From Candidatus Yanofskybacteria bacterium RIFCSPLOWO2_02_FULL_45_18 (GTDB lineage: Bacteria > Patescibacteriota > Minisyncoccia > 2-02-FULL-40-12 > GWA2-44-9), in contig MGKV01000021.1 of the NCBI GenBank assembly GCA_001795795.1, positions 15,855 to 68,033 on the forward strand: 52,179 nt of DNA, given 5' to 3'. Shown in pieces: positions 28,156-38,714 of the stretch. The notes under the pieces are model-generated. The model saw only the letters and a program-made list of their open reading frames with translations. It ran no database searches and was not told the DNA's origin. Every line of letters starts with the position of its first letter. Position 1 is the first letter of the stretch. The position numbers and the translations under genes were made by a program.

Positions 28156-30231
28156 TTATTTTTTCTTATTGCTTTGCTGCCCCCGTTTGACATCACCACG
28201 GGCAAAGATGCTGGCGACAAAGTTGAGCACATCAGTGGCGCAGACATCGCAGTAGCCGTAGTTGGAAACCATTCGCTTTTTGACAATGTCTATCTTTTCC
28301 TGGGTTTCCTTGTCAACGACGCTGGAAACAAGACTGGAGAGCTTGATGGAGTCCTTCTGGTCTTCAAAAAGTTTCATTTCCAGAGCGCGATGCAGCCGCT
28401 CGTTGGACTTATAGTCAAAGATCTTGCCACTAACGGCCAGAGCGCCGATGTAGTTCATAACCTCGCGTCGGAAATCATCTTTGCGGTTATCAGGAACGTC
28501 AATTTTCTCTTCAATTGACCGCATTAGGCGTTCGCTCGGCTCTTCGTCACGGCCGGTATATTTGTTTTTTACCTTTTCGCCCTGGGTGTATGCTTTGATA
28601 TTATCGATGTAGTTGCCACACAGGCGCTTGATCGCTTCTTCATCTACGGCAATGGCCCGCTGCACCTCGTTTTTCACTATTTCCTCATACTCCTCCTTAA
28701 CCATGGCCAGCAGTTCCTTGTAACGCTTTCTCACTTCGTCAGTAGTAATGAGACTGTGATGTTTGAGGCCTTCTTCGACCTCATTCATAACCATGAACGG
28801 GTTGACGCAAACTTCGTTGATGTCACTGACCAGGGCATTGGATATCTTATCTTGAACATAGCGTGGGGAAATGCCAAACATACCCTCTTTTTTGGCTTCA
28901 TTCTTGAGCTCTTTGATATTGTCGGCTGTAAATCCGGAAAGAGTTTTGCCGTTGTAAAGCTTCAGTTTTTGCATCAGTGTCAGCTGGTCGGTTTTGGGTT
29001 CTTCCAATCGTGTCAGCACTGCCCACATAGAGGTCACTTCCAGAGTATGCGGGGCAATGTGCTTGCCGCGGATCCTCTCAGGGTTATAGTCTTTCCTATA
29101 GATCTTGACTTCATCGTCTAATTGAGTGACATAGGGGATATCCACCTTCAATGTGCGGTCGCGCATGGCTTCCATGTATTCGTTGGACTGGAGTTTATTG
29201 TACTCCGGCCCGTTGGTGTGGGCAATGATGACCTCATCAATATCAGTCTGTGCAAATTTCTTGGGCTTGATGCTGTGTTCCTGCGAAGCGCCCAGAAGAT
29301 CATAAAGAAATGCCACATCCAATTTGAGAACTTCAATGAACTCAATTATGCCGCGATTGGCAACATTGAATTCGCCGTCAAAGTTAAATGCCCGTGGATC
29401 GGAATCAGAACCATATTCGGCAATCTTGCGATAGTTGATGTCGCCGGTCAGTTCGGTGGAATCCTGATTTTTTTCATCCTTGGGCTGGAATGTGCCGATG
29501 CCAATACGGTCTTTTTCCGAAAGGATAAGGCGGCGAATCCTCGTATGCTCCATAACTTTCTGCCAGTCACCTTGATAGCGTTTCATCAGTTCCCGATAGA
29601 TATAGCGGCATGACGGACAAAGGTCGCCTTCAATGTAAACGCATTCTTCTGATATGTGGTCTTTGTTGAAGTTTGTCAGCCACGTTTCGCGCAATTCTTC
29701 CGGAACAAGATGCAGGGGCTCCTCGTTCATGGGGCACCACTTGATATTAGGAATTTCGTTGTCCTTCGTTAGCTCCGTTATCCAGCCGAAATAATAAAGC
29801 GCGCCTTCATCGGTGCGGGAATATTCTTCCAGCCCGCGCTTTAACAGCCGGACAATAGTGCTTTTGGAACTGCCTACGGGGCCGTGCAGAAGAAGGATCC
29901 GCCTTTCAGGGCCATAGCGCTGGGCGGCAGACTTAAAGATATTGACCAGATTCATCAGCGGTCGCTCAAGGCCATAAACAGCGTCGTTTTTTGAGAATTC
30001 GGGACTGGAAAAAAAGTTATAGCGGATGAGTTTCTCTTTGCCATCACAAATCTCTTCGTAGCCGTGAGACATGATCATGTCATAAATGCGCCGGAATGCC
30101 GTTCGCGCCAGACGCGTATCCCCGGATAGTAAAGCTAGATATTCCGCAAAAGAACCTTCCCAATGGAGTTTTTGAAACCGTTTTGCATCCATTAGGCCGG
30201 TAAAATCAGACAGTTTGATTAAATTATCCAT
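28156..30231 (-). CDS. prkA: PrkA/YeaG family AAA+ serine protein kinase
   Basis: [43 protein letters not shown]. Confidence 0.96.
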   Translation of the reverse strand: MDNLIKLSDFTGLMDAKRFQKLHWEGSFAEYLALLSGDTRLARTAFRRIYDMIMSHGYEEICDGKEKLIRYNFFSSPEFSKNDAVYGLERPLMNLVNIFKSAAQRYGPERRILLLHGPVGSSKSTIVRLLKRGLEEYSRTDEGALYYFGWITELTKDNEIPNIKWCPMNEEPLHLVPEELRETWLTNFNKDHISEECVYIEGDLCPSCRYIYRELMKRYQGDWQKVMEHTRIRRLILSEKDRIGIGTFQPKDEKNQDSTELTGDINYRKIAEYGSDSDPRAFNFDGEFNVANRGIIEFIEVLKLDVAFLYDLLGASQEHSIKPKKFAQTDIDEVIIAHTNGPEYNKLQSNEYMEAMRDRTLKVDIPYVTQLDDEVKIYRKDYNPERIRGKHIAPHTLEVTSMWAVLTRLEEPKTDQLTLMQKLKLYNGKTLSGFTADNIKELKNEAKKEGMFGISPRYVQDKISNALVSDINEVCVNPFMVMNEVEEGLKHHSLITTDEVRKRYKELLAMVKEEYEEIVKNEVQRAIAVDEEAIKRLCGNYIDNIKAYTQGEKVKNKYTGRDEEPSERLMRSIEEKIDVPDNRKDDFRREVMNYIGALAVSGKIFDYKSNERLHRALEMKLFEDQKDSIKLSSLVSSVVDKETQEKIDIVKKRMVSNYGYCDVCATDVLNFVASIFARGDVKRGQQSNKKK

Positions 30232-30359
30232 TAGTTCACCTTCCTTGATTTGATTGGTAAGGGGCGGTTAATTTACCACAGACTATATTAAAAACAGATA
30301 AGTGTCAAACTATTTTAAGTTGCTCAAATATAATTTTCGTGGTATAGCTTGGTAACTAT

Positions 30360-31922
30360 ATGTTTGACGATCTTCATATTGGCCGGGCCGGCGACCTGGC
30401 GGCAAAAGGAAAGCGGCGTGTATATCGGTTTCTGGAAATGGTGCCGGCCGTTTTGGCTTGGGCCACGCTGGCGGCGGTGGTATTTTTGTCTTTTACCGTG
30501 CCGGTGGCGATGGCCGTTTTTATAATTGTTTTTGATGTTTACTGGCTAGTGAAGACGATCTATCTTTCTTTGCATCTGCGTTCGGCCTATAGCCGTTTGC
30601 GCCGCAATCTAAAAATTAACTGGCTCGAGAAACTTAATCAGCTACAAGCTACCAGCTACAAGCTGCAAGTCGTTAAGTCTTGGCAGGACATTTACCACAT
30701 TGTCTTTCTCCCGCTTTATAATGAAAGTTATGAAGTGGCGGCGTCGACAATAGAAGCGTTATTGCGAGCCAACTATCCCAAGACGCGGATGGTGGTGGCT
30801 CTATGCTGGGAAGAAAGAGGGGGAGATGCAACGCGCCAGATCGTCTCGGACATAGAAAAAGAATACGCGCGTCATTTTTTCAAATTTTTGTCTGTGATGC
30901 ATCCGGCCAGCATCCTCGGCGAATTGGCCGGCAAAGGGGCGAATACCGCTTACGGCGGCCGGGCCGTGAAAGACAGGATCGTTGACCCGCTTAAGATTCC
31001 CTACGATCATATACTCGTTTCAAACTTTGACATTGACACGATTGCCCAACCGGAATATTTCGGCATTTTGACTTACGCTTTTCTGACGGCGCCGAATCCG
31101 CTTCATTCTTCCTATCAGCCGATCCCGCTATACGTTAATAACATCTGGGAGGCGCCTTCGTTTGCGCGGATCGTAGCTTTCTCGGCTACTTTCTGGCATT
31201 CATTAAATCAAGAGCGCCCGGAACGGCTGGCTACATTTTCATCGCATTCTATGCCGTGGCAGGCATTGGTTGATGTCGGTTTTTGGCAAAAAAATATGGT
31301 CTCGGAGGACTCGCGCATTTTCTGGCAGTGCTTTTTGCGCTACAACGGGAACTATCGCGTTACGCCTCTTTATTATCCGGTTTCAATGGACGCCAATGTC
31401 GCGCCGACCTTTTGGCGGACGATGAAGAATATCTATAAACAGCAAAGGCGCTGGGGATACGGAGTTGAGAATGTGCCGTATTTTCTGTTCGGATTTTTGA
31501 AAAACCGGCAGATCCCGCGCGCCAAAAAATGGCGTTTGGGTTTTATAACCGTGGAAGGATTCCATTCTTGGGCAACCAACGCAATAATACTTTTCATGCT
31601 TGGCTGGCTACCGGTAATTGTGGGAGGGCCGGCTTTTAATCAGACGGTGTTGTCGTTCAATCTGCCGCATATTACGCGGCTGGTTATGACATTTGCCATG
31701 TTCGGCTTGATTTCATCAGCCGTGCTATCAATTATGCTTTTACCGCCGCGGCCGCTTAAGTTCGGCAAACTCAAATATGTTTGGATGGCGCTGGAATGGA
31801 TTTTGTTCCCTGTTTCCACGATATTTCTGGGGGCTTTGCCGGGACTGGAGGCGCAGACACGCTTAATGCTGGGTCGCTACATGGGCTTCTGGGCTACTCC
31901 GAAGAACAGAAGCACGGAATAA
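30360..31922 (+). CDS. Membrane glycosyltransferase family 2
   Basis: LPLYNE, GKGAN, DID, SEDS, QQRRWG and flanking TM helices. Confidence 0.9.
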   Translation: MFDDLHIGRAGDLAAKGKRRVYRFLEMVPAVLAWATLAAVVFLSFTVPVAMAVFIIVFDVYWLVKTIYLSLHLRSAYSRLRRNLKINWLEKLNQLQATSYKLQVVKSWQDIYHIVFLPLYNESYEVAASTIEALLRANYPKTRMVVALCWEERGGDATRQIVSDIEKEYARHFFKFLSVMHPASILGELAGKGANTAYGGRAVKDRIVDPLKIPYDHILVSNFDIDTIAQPEYFGILTYAFLTAPNPLHSSYQPIPLYVNNIWEAPSFARIVAFSATFWHSLNQERPERLATFSSHSMPWQALVDVGFWQKNMVSEDSRIFWQCFLRYNGNYRVTPLYYPVSMDANVAPTFWRTMKNIYKQQRRWGYGVENVPYFLFGFLKNRQIPRAKKWRLGFITVEGFHSWATNAIILFMLGWLPVIVGGPAFNQTVLSFNLPHITRLVMTFAMFGLISSAVLSIMLLPPRPLKFGKLKYVWMALEWILFPVSTIFLGALPGLEAQTRLMLGRYMGFWATPKNRSTE

Positions 31923-32009
31923 GAAGCACGAAGTAAAAATTACGAATTGACAGAAAAGAGTTAACAGACAGATTTTATGTTATAATTAGCTAAACTAAAA
32001 AATAATTGC

Positions 32010-32321
32010 ATGACCACACCCGAAAGGATATCTCAAAAGTCAAAAATCGGAAACGAGATTCCTTTGACAGACAGGAATTTAATTCAGTCCGAGTTGATTA
32101 AGGAATTTTGCCGCATCATGGAAATCTCCGATCCGCAGGAAATGCAGGTCTGCGCTATAGATTGGATCGGTAAGTATGCTGACAATATTGACCAACTGGA
32201 CACCCATTTAACCAAGGAGTATCTTCGGCTCGTTGAATCCGGCGCCAGTCAGGAGCTTCGCCTTAATGCCCTCAAAAAGATCCAGAACCAGCTTGCGGAG
32301 CTAGATAAGTTATATGGGTAA
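32010..32321 (+). CDS. Hypothetical protein
   Basis: 103-aa ORF with upstream TATAAT and a convergent terminator. Confidence 0.65.
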   Translation: MTTPERISQKSKIGNEIPLTDRNLIQSELIKEFCRIMEISDPQEMQVCAIDWIGKYADNIDQLDTHLTKEYLRLVESGASQELRLNALKKIQNQLAELDKLYG

Positions 32322-32357
32322 AACAGTCGTCTATCAAAAAACCGTCACAGTGGCGGT

Positions 32358-32633
32358 TTAGAACAAGTCCTCTTGTTTCTCTTTTGCATCCATCATCTGG
32401 ATGTAGGTGTCAACAATTTTTCTTGAAATCGGAACCATGCGCTTTTCGGCTTCTTCTAGCGTTATGAGACCTTGATGTCTATCCAAAAGAACCCTACACA
32501 CCTCCGGCTGATACAAGACCGAGGCCTTTTTGTAAGTGGCTTTGTCAAAAACAACTTTTTCCGGATCCTTGGGTTTTTCCTCCAGCGGCTCAAATCCGAT
32601 AGATTCGGCCAATTTGTTGATTTTAGATTCCAT
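32358..32633 (-). CDS. Hypothetical protein
   Basis: AGGAG RBS; 91 aa. Confidence 0.65.
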   Translation of the reverse strand: MESKINKLAESIGFEPLEEKPKDPEKVVFDKATYKKASVLYQPEVCRVLLDRHQGLITLEEAEKRMVPISRKIVDTYIQMMDAKEKQEDLF

Positions 32634-32700
32634 ACCGTAGCTCCTAACGGACTTAAATTATTATACCATATATTGATAAAAAGTAAACTCTTTGTCGGAA

Positions 32701-33807
32701 TTAGCCCATTTTGCGTTTAACAACCTTTTGCCCCTCTGGCACAATCGGCTGGACCACTCTTATTCTTCCTCGCATAACCGCGTAAACTGATTTGATTTCC
32801 TTAACTGGCGCAAAGTAAGCTCGGTGCTTGTACAATTCATGCTTAAAGTCAGTTAGCCTTTGCTCAATCATTTTTATTTCATCTTTGGTTAACGCCGCCA
32901 GAGATTTAAAACTAGCGATTACATCTTCAAGGTGAGATTCTAAGATATATGCGCCCTGTTCCGCGGTTTTATTTTTTAATTCCAGTATCTGATAATAATC
33001 GGGGTTTTTCTCGAGCAGTTTAACTGCTTTTCGCAGAGCGACTTCGGAGTCGTTACATAGCCGTTCCCTATAAAATTCGGGCTTTTCTTCCTTGCGTAAA
33101 ATGGTTTCTCCGGTCTCCTGGTCGGTTATCAGATAGTTAGCCAGCCAATCCTGATGGTTCGCGAGAATGATTTGCGGAGAATCATGTTCTCGGCCGGAAG
33201 ATGTTTTAACCTGAATCAAGTCCAGATTCTCAATAATCGGCTGGTTTTCGGGGCCGCTGGCAGTCATTTCCAGAAGATCAATTTTCCATTTGGCATCCAA
33301 GTAGTCGTTCAGGAAAAAGAGGCGTCTTTGCCCCTCCTCCAACTTGATGTCGTGTCTTTCTTTAATATATTGAATCACGCTTTTGATGCCTTCGGCGGTG
33401 GGCAGATACTGGTCGGGATGTTCTTTGTTTTCAGATTCAAAACGGGCGACCATTTCGATAAATTTCCGCTCATGGCGGGAGTGTTCCCTGAAGTTGCGGT
33501 TAAAGTTATTAACGGCAGAGTCAACATCAGAATCCTTGAGGTCCAGACATGTTCTTAGTATTTCGTTTTCTATTTTGGCTAGTCCTGCCGACGAGCCGCT
33601 GTTGAACTTTTCGTAGATAAAGTCCAATACCCTGTTCATTTTAAATTCCCGTATTCGTTCTTGGGCGGCTTTCAGTTTTTCGTTATATTCTTGGCTAGAA
33701 AGATTCTCCTCGGTTTTCGGGAGGGGAGTTAGGGGCAGTCGCTCAAATCTCTCCTTGCCTTGGGGTGGCGGTTTTCTTTGTATTATCTCAAAAGATTTGG
33801 AACGCAT
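32701..33807 (-). CDS. Hypothetical protein, possible PD-(D/E)XK nuclease fold
   Basis: 368-aa ORF; LDAKWKIDLL...LDLIQVKTS resembles a D...D...QxK motif. Confidence 0.6.
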   Translation of the reverse strand: MRSKSFEIIQRKPPPQGKERFERLPLTPLPKTEENLSSQEYNEKLKAAQERIREFKMNRVLDFIYEKFNSGSSAGLAKIENEILRTCLDLKDSDVDSAVNNFNRNFREHSRHERKFIEMVARFESENKEHPDQYLPTAEGIKSVIQYIKERHDIKLEEGQRRLFFLNDYLDAKWKIDLLEMTASGPENQPIIENLDLIQVKTSSGREHDSPQIILANHQDWLANYLITDQETGETILRKEEKPEFYRERLCNDSEVALRKAVKLLEKNPDYYQILELKNKTAEQGAYILESHLEDVIASFKSLAALTKDEIKMIEQRLTDFKHELYKHRAYFAPVKEIKSVYAVMRGRIRVVQPIVPEGQKVVKRKMG

Positions 33808-33848
33808 AATCCCATTATGCCAATACGACTGATTTTTACAAATTTTTA

Positions 33849-36212
33849 TTATTCAAAGTGAGTAATTTTTTGCATTTGAGCCAACTCATCTTTCAGAAGA
33901 GGATATTTTGAAAGCGACGGATTTTCTTTGAGCAACAGCCGCGCTTCAAGGCGCGCCTTCTTGATTAAATCAACATCGGCCAGCGAGGCCATGGCGAGAT
34001 CGGGAAGGCCCGACTGCTTGACGCCGAAAAATTCTCCCGGGCCGCGAAAGAGCATGTCTTTTTCCGCCAGCTCAAACCCATCGTCGCATTCCGCCAGCGC
34101 CTCAAGGCGGCGGCTATGCTGTCCGTCTGACGCGAAAAGAAGGCAATGTGACTGATATTTATCGCGCCCGACGCGTCCGCGGAATTGGTGCAACTGGGCG
34201 AGGCCAAATCTTTCGGCTGATTCAATCACCATCACGCTGGCGTTGGGCACATCCACGCCGACTTCAATGACCGAAGTTGAGACAAGAATATCAATATAAT
34301 CGGCCTCGTCCTTCGAAGCATTGGCGAAGGAGGACATAATTTGATTTTTTTCTTTTGCCTTCATACGGCCGTGGAGCATCGCCACGCGTAAATCAGGGAA
34401 AATTTCCTTTGAAAGTTTTTTATATTCTTCCTCCACCGCTTTGACTTCGGCCCATAATGCATCCATCTTCAGTTGTTTAACTGGTGACTTACGACTTACA
34501 ACTGACAACTTTTGATTATTATTGGCTGTTGGCTGTTGGTTGTTGGCATTTTCAATCCTTGGACAAACAACAAAAATTTGGCGGCCTTTATTAACTTCAC
34601 CGCGGATAAATTCATACGCTTTAGCAACTTCTTTCGGCGCGACAACTTTTGTTATAATTTTCTGCCGGTTTTTGGGCTTCTCTTTAATAATTGAAATATC
34701 CAAATCACCGTAGATAGTCAGGGCTAGCGTGCGAGGGATGGGGGTGGCAGTCATGCTTAAGAGATGAGGTACGCTCATCTCTTGCACGGACTCGCGCTGA
34801 CTTTTTTCTGCGTTGGTCGACGTATCGTCTGCGTTTTGTCCGCGAACCAGCGCTTTGCGCTGGTTAACTCCGAACCGATGCTGTTCGTCCACCACGACCA
34901 GCGCCAGTTTGTTGAAAGCGACATCTTTCTGCAAAATGGCGTGTGTTCCGATGATTATATTAACTTCTCCGGCAGCAATTTTTTTCTTGAGCTGTGGTTT
35001 TTTAATTTCTTCGCCATTTAATTTTGCGGCTGATGCGGTCAGTAGAGCAATATTTATTTGTGATTTTTGATTTGATATTTGATTGGAAATCGGAAACCCG
35101 AAAAGTCCCGTTGGGGACCTCGGGTCGCCTTTACGGGATTGGAAATTGGGAATTAACGATGTAATCGTTTGATAATGCTGTTGAGCCAGCACCTCCGTCG
35201 GCGCCAGAAAAACCGTCTGGCATCCGGCCAGAGCGGCCTGATACGCCGCAATCAGCGCCACGACGGTCTTGCCGCTGCCGACATCTCCCTCCATCAGGCG
35301 GTTCATCGGATAGGAACGTTGGATGTCTTTTAAAATTTCCCAAGCGGCAATCTTTTGGTCTTTGGTCAATTCAAAGGGCAAAGAATTTATGAATTGCTTA
35401 ACTGCTTCTTGCTGGAATGGAACAGATATTGATTTAAGCTGATTCATTTTGCGCCGTTCAAGTAACGACTTGAGCTGAAGCAATAGCAGGTCGTTGAACG
35501 CCAGACGCTTTCTGGCCACCTCGGCTTGACCGGGCTTGGCCGGATAATGAATGGTTTGAAGGGCGGTGTTCAGTTCTGCCAGCCCGTATCTGGCTCTCAT
35601 ATCTTCCGGCAAGGGATCAATTAGTTTTATGCTTTGCAATAAGGGCTTTATCAAAAAACGCAGATATTTTGAGGTAACGCCTTCCGTTTCAGGATAAATG
35701 GGCACAAGGCCGGAGGTGTGTTTGAGAGGTTGTGGGTCGTAGGTTGTCCCGACTCTGTCGTGGATCCTTGATCTTTCGATCGGGACAGGTTGTAGGTCCG
35801 AAGACCTGGTCTTCTCGTAGATGGGGCTGGCAAGGTGCAGGCCGATTTTACCTAATTTAGCGGTGCCGGCCAAGCTGACGAAAGTCCCTTCGGCAAGATT
35901 ATTTTCAAGATATGGCTGGTTGAACCAGACGCATTTAATTGCTCCGGATTCGTCGCCGACGATAGCGGTGGTGACGGTTAACCGGCGGGGGAAGATGCGG
36001 CGAGTTGAGATTTTGATGACTTGTCCTTGGATATTTACTTTCTGGCCGGTTTCAACTTCGGCGATGGTCAGGTGTTCGGTGTAGTCTTCGTAACGGCTAG
36101 GGAGGTGCCAAAGCAAATCCTTGACGGTCTTGATACCCAAACGGTTAAGCCGCGATTTATTTCTCGGCCCGACGTGGGGAAGTTTTTCTATCGGCAAATT
36201 TAGTTCCACCAT
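33849..36212 (-). CDS. recG: ATP-dependent DNA helicase RecG with several in-frame repeat-derived insertions
   Basis: GDVGSGKT, DEQHRFG, MTATPIPR, QLHQFRGRVGR, RGPGE. Confidence 0.97.
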   Translation of the reverse strand: MVELNLPIEKLPHVGPRNKSRLNRLGIKTVKDLLWHLPSRYEDYTEHLTIAEVETGQKVNIQGQVIKISTRRIFPRRLTVTTAIVGDESGAIKCVWFNQPYLENNLAEGTFVSLAGTAKLGKIGLHLASPIYEKTRSSDLQPVPIERSRIHDRVGTTYDPQPLKHTSGLVPIYPETEGVTSKYLRFLIKPLLQSIKLIDPLPEDMRARYGLAELNTALQTIHYPAKPGQAEVARKRLAFNDLLLLQLKSLLERRKMNQLKSISVPFQQEAVKQFINSLPFELTKDQKIAAWEILKDIQRSYPMNRLMEGDVGSGKTVVALIAAYQAALAGCQTVFLAPTEVLAQQHYQTITSLIPNFQSRKGDPRSPTGLFGFPISNQISNQKSQINIALLTASAAKLNGEEIKKPQLKKKIAAGEVNIIIGTHAILQKDVAFNKLALVVVDEQHRFGVNQRKALVRGQNADDTSTNAEKSQRESVQEMSVPHLLSMTATPIPRTLALTIYGDLDISIIKEKPKNRQKIITKVVAPKEVAKAYEFIRGEVNKGRQIFVVCPRIENANNQQPTANNNQKLSVVSRKSPVKQLKMDALWAEVKAVEEEYKKLSKEIFPDLRVAMLHGRMKAKEKNQIMSSFANASKDEADYIDILVSTSVIEVGVDVPNASVMVIESAERFGLAQLHQFRGRVGRDKYQSHCLLFASDGQHSRRLEALAECDDGFELAEKDMLFRGPGEFFGVKQSGLPDLAMASLADVDLIKKARLEARLLLKENPSLSKYPLLKDELAQMQKITHFE

Positions 36213-36311
36213 AGAAGGGCTATATTATACCACGGAAATTGCGTATATACCATGTTGGGCGAAAGCGCTGTGGCTTTTGCGTCGGTAAGCCATTTAAGAT
36301 AAAATAAGAGT

Positions 36312-36929
36312 ATGACCATATTTTCAATAAGTGAGGCGTTGAGGTTTGGGTGGCGGATTACCAAGAAAAATTTTGCCGTTATTGCCAAGATTATAATTGT
36401 TTCAGCATTGGTTTTTGTTGTGCCGTCGCTTCTGATGCAGATATTCAAATACTTTCCGTTTTTAAGCTTTCTTATTTCGGTAGTATCTTTATATCTGCAG
36501 TTGAGAATATCCATAGCTCTGCTACGGATTGCTATCCGTTTCGTTGACGGCCAGCCGGTCGCGTTGGATGATTTGTGGTTTGCGCCGTCATTCCGGCTCT
36601 TGAGCCGTTATGTCGTCGGCGCGGTCTTATTTTCCTTGATTGTTTTTGCTGGCAGTATTCTTCTGGTAATCCCGGGCATTATTTGGACGGTTAAATACCA
36701 ATTCTTCGGCTATTTGATCGTGGACAAAGGCATGACGGCTTCGGACGCTCTCAAGAAAAGCGGACAAATGACCGCCGGGCTCAAGTGGCAATTGTTTTTG
36801 CTGGGTGTTATAATGTGGGTAGTTAACTTTTTGGGCGCCATGATCTTGGGCATCGGCCTTGTGGTCACGATTCCCGCGACCATGATCGCCCACGCTTATG
36901 TGTATAAAAAATTAGCGGAACATAATTAA
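36312..36929 (+). CDS. Integral membrane protein (DUF975-like)
   Basis: LLVIPGII, ALKKS..MT.G.KWQLF, multiple TM helices. Confidence 0.8.
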   Translation: MTIFSISEALRFGWRITKKNFAVIAKIIIVSALVFVVPSLLMQIFKYFPFLSFLISVVSLYLQLRISIALLRIAIRFVDGQPVALDDLWFAPSFRLLSRYVVGAVLFSLIVFAGSILLVIPGIIWTVKYQFFGYLIVDKGMTASDALKKSGQMTAGLKWQLFLLGVIMWVVNFLGAMILGIGLVVTIPATMIAHAYVYKKLAEHN

Positions 36930-37397
36930 ATGAATATGCGTAACAACAATATTTATTATCTTATTGTGGCGGCAGTTATCGGACTGGTTGCCATTTTTTG
37001 GATTAAGATTCCGGCAGGGGAGAGAGTGGCGACGCCTACGCCTATTCCAACGGCGCCGGAAAATTTACTGGGCCGGCCCCTTTTGATAAAAGCCGGCAAG
37101 ACTGTTGCCGTTGATTCGGGCAAGCTGGCAATTACTTTTGCCAATGTTCTTCAGGATAATCGTTGCCCGATAGATATTCGCTGCCTTGTAATTGGGCAAG
37201 CGACAATACAAATTAAGGCCTCGCAAAACGGCCGCGATCTCGGTTCGGTCAATCTGATAAGCGGTCCCGACAAAACATTAGCCAGCCGTAAAATCGGCGG
37301 TTATGCCATTACTCTTATAAAAGTTGACCCCCAGCCGGTCAGCACCAAAAAGCTGGAGTTCAAGGACTACACGATTACGGTGGTGGTGACGAAGTAG
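36930..37397 (+). CDS. Membrane-anchored hypothetical protein with DxRCP-x4-C motif
   Basis: N-terminal TM; DNRCPIDIRCLVIGQA. Confidence 0.75.
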   Translation: MNMRNNNIYYLIVAAVIGLVAIFWIKIPAGERVATPTPIPTAPENLLGRPLLIKAGKTVAVDSGKLAITFANVLQDNRCPIDIRCLVIGQATIQIKASQNGRDLGSVNLISGPDKTLASRKIGGYAITLIKVDPQPVSTKKLEFKDYTITVVVTK

Positions 37398-37499
37398 GCG
37401 CTAGGCATTAGGAAATTAGCATAAATAGGCCGAAAAACGGCCTATTTACTTTTGGTAGAAAATGTGGTATAATGGTAGGTAACTGGAGGTGAAAGAAAC

Positions 37500-37727
37500 A
37501 TGAAAAAGTTTTTCCACCCCGAAGTTGAGGTTTTGCGCCTCACTTTGAGGGTAGGGAATCAAGAGGTTATTTTAATTGAGGGGGCGGACGGCAGGCCGAA
37601 AATTACGGCTAGAGGAGGCGAAGCCGTGCCAGCGCTCCTAAAAGCGGCCATCCGCACTGCCGCGATCATTTTCCGGATGTGCAATCATCCGATGAAGAAA
37701 GATTCGCGGCAGGAGGAACTTTTTTGA
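37500..37727 (+). CDS. Small hypothetical protein
   Basis: GGAGGTGA RBS and TGGTATAAT promoter upstream. Confidence 0.6.
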   Translation: MKKFFHPEVEVLRLTLRVGNQEVILIEGADGRPKITARGGEAVPALLKAAIRTAAIIFRMCNHPMKKDSRQEELF

Positions 37728-37909
37728 GGGCCTTGTGCCCTCTTTTGTTTTTCCAGCGCTAACTTTGAATAAAATAAAAGCCCGTGAGGGCTTCATGTGA
37801 AATATGGCTTGAGGCGCTCTCCGAGTTTGGTTCGGTCGCAGAAAACACAATTATTGTCCCTCATTTTCAAATATCCCCGACAGATTAGCTGTTTAAATAT
37901 TTAATGTCA

Positions 37910-37941
37910 ACAAAATACCCCCCAGTAAGGGGGTATTTTGT
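37910..37941 (-). terminator. Terminator hairpin after tRNA-Arg
   Basis: ACAAAATACCCCC...GGGGGTATTTTGT. Confidence 0.7.
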
Positions 37942-37943
37942 AT

Positions 37944-38018
37944 TGGTGTCCCCACGTGGAATCGAACCACGATCAGAAGATCCGCAATCTTCCGTTTTAT
38001 CCATTAAACTATGGGGAC
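37944..38018 (-). tRNA. tRNA-Arg(GCG)
   Basis: GTCCCCATAGTTTAATGGATAAAACGGAAGA-TTGCGGA-TCTTCTGATCGTGGTTCGATTCCACGTGGGGACACCA; anticodon GCG. Confidence 0.93.
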
Positions 38019-38022
38019 ATTT

Positions 38023-38625
38023 TTATATTTTCCGGGCTAAATGGTCAATCAAAGAGATATCATGTTCTTCCTCGGGGAGGAATTGTAGCATTAAATTGCG
38101 GACTTGGCGAGGGTCTTGATCGCCCAAAGGGAGTTTGACATAAGGGTGATACCATTTGGCTGTTCTGACGCTTAGCTCTTTGGAATCATCGGCATGGTGG
38201 TGAATATGGAAAGAATGCAAGTCCTTAAATCTGTGGTGATAATCATCCATGAAAATGCCGGCCTGATTGACGGTTATTTGGGCAGTGGTCGGTTTGCGGC
38301 TGGCATTAAGAAGCATTGTGCCGGCGGAAAGGGCGAATAAAATCGGCAAAAGGATGTCGCCTTGAACAAAGAAGAGCAAAATTGCGATGCCGAAAAGGGC
38401 GGCGATAAAAATAGTGAAATGCTTTTTGGGAGAATTACGGTAGACTACTGGCGCTTGCCAAGTTAAAGTAGCGGGCAGATTGTTTCGCGTTTCAAGGAGA
38501 TACTGAATCAGAGGATTTGGAGCCGGTTTAACCGGCTCGGCGGGGGATGGCGGCGCTGGCGGCTGAACGGGAGCGGGTTGCGGCGCAGACTCTTCTTTTT
38601 TCCTTAGGTTGATAACCTTATTCAT
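38023..38625 (-). CDS. Hypothetical membrane protein (2 TM + PH-like domain)
   Basis: Pro-rich N-terminus, LTWQAP, two TM helices, LPEEEH C-terminus. Confidence 0.8.
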   Translation of the reverse strand: MNKVINLRKKEESAPQPAPVQPPAPPSPAEPVKPAPNPLIQYLLETRNNLPATLTWQAPVVYRNSPKKHFTIFIAALFGIAILLFFVQGDILLPILFALSAGTMLLNASRKPTTAQITVNQAGIFMDDYHHRFKDLHSFHIHHHADDSKELSVRTAKWYHPYVKLPLGDQDPRQVRNLMLQFLPEEEHDISLIDHLARKI

Positions 38626-38714
38626 TACTCAAATCTTACCAAATCTTAAATGAGCCTACAATGCTAGACGCTTTTTGCTTTTTTGCTAGTATTCTATCAG
38701 CTATCTAATTTCTA

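Noticed and set aside
35745-35787. TGTCCCGA...TCGGGACA in recG as a P1-P3 family member
   Set aside because: 43 bp with only 8-bp arms and a non-palindromic interior; the shared termini may be coincidental.
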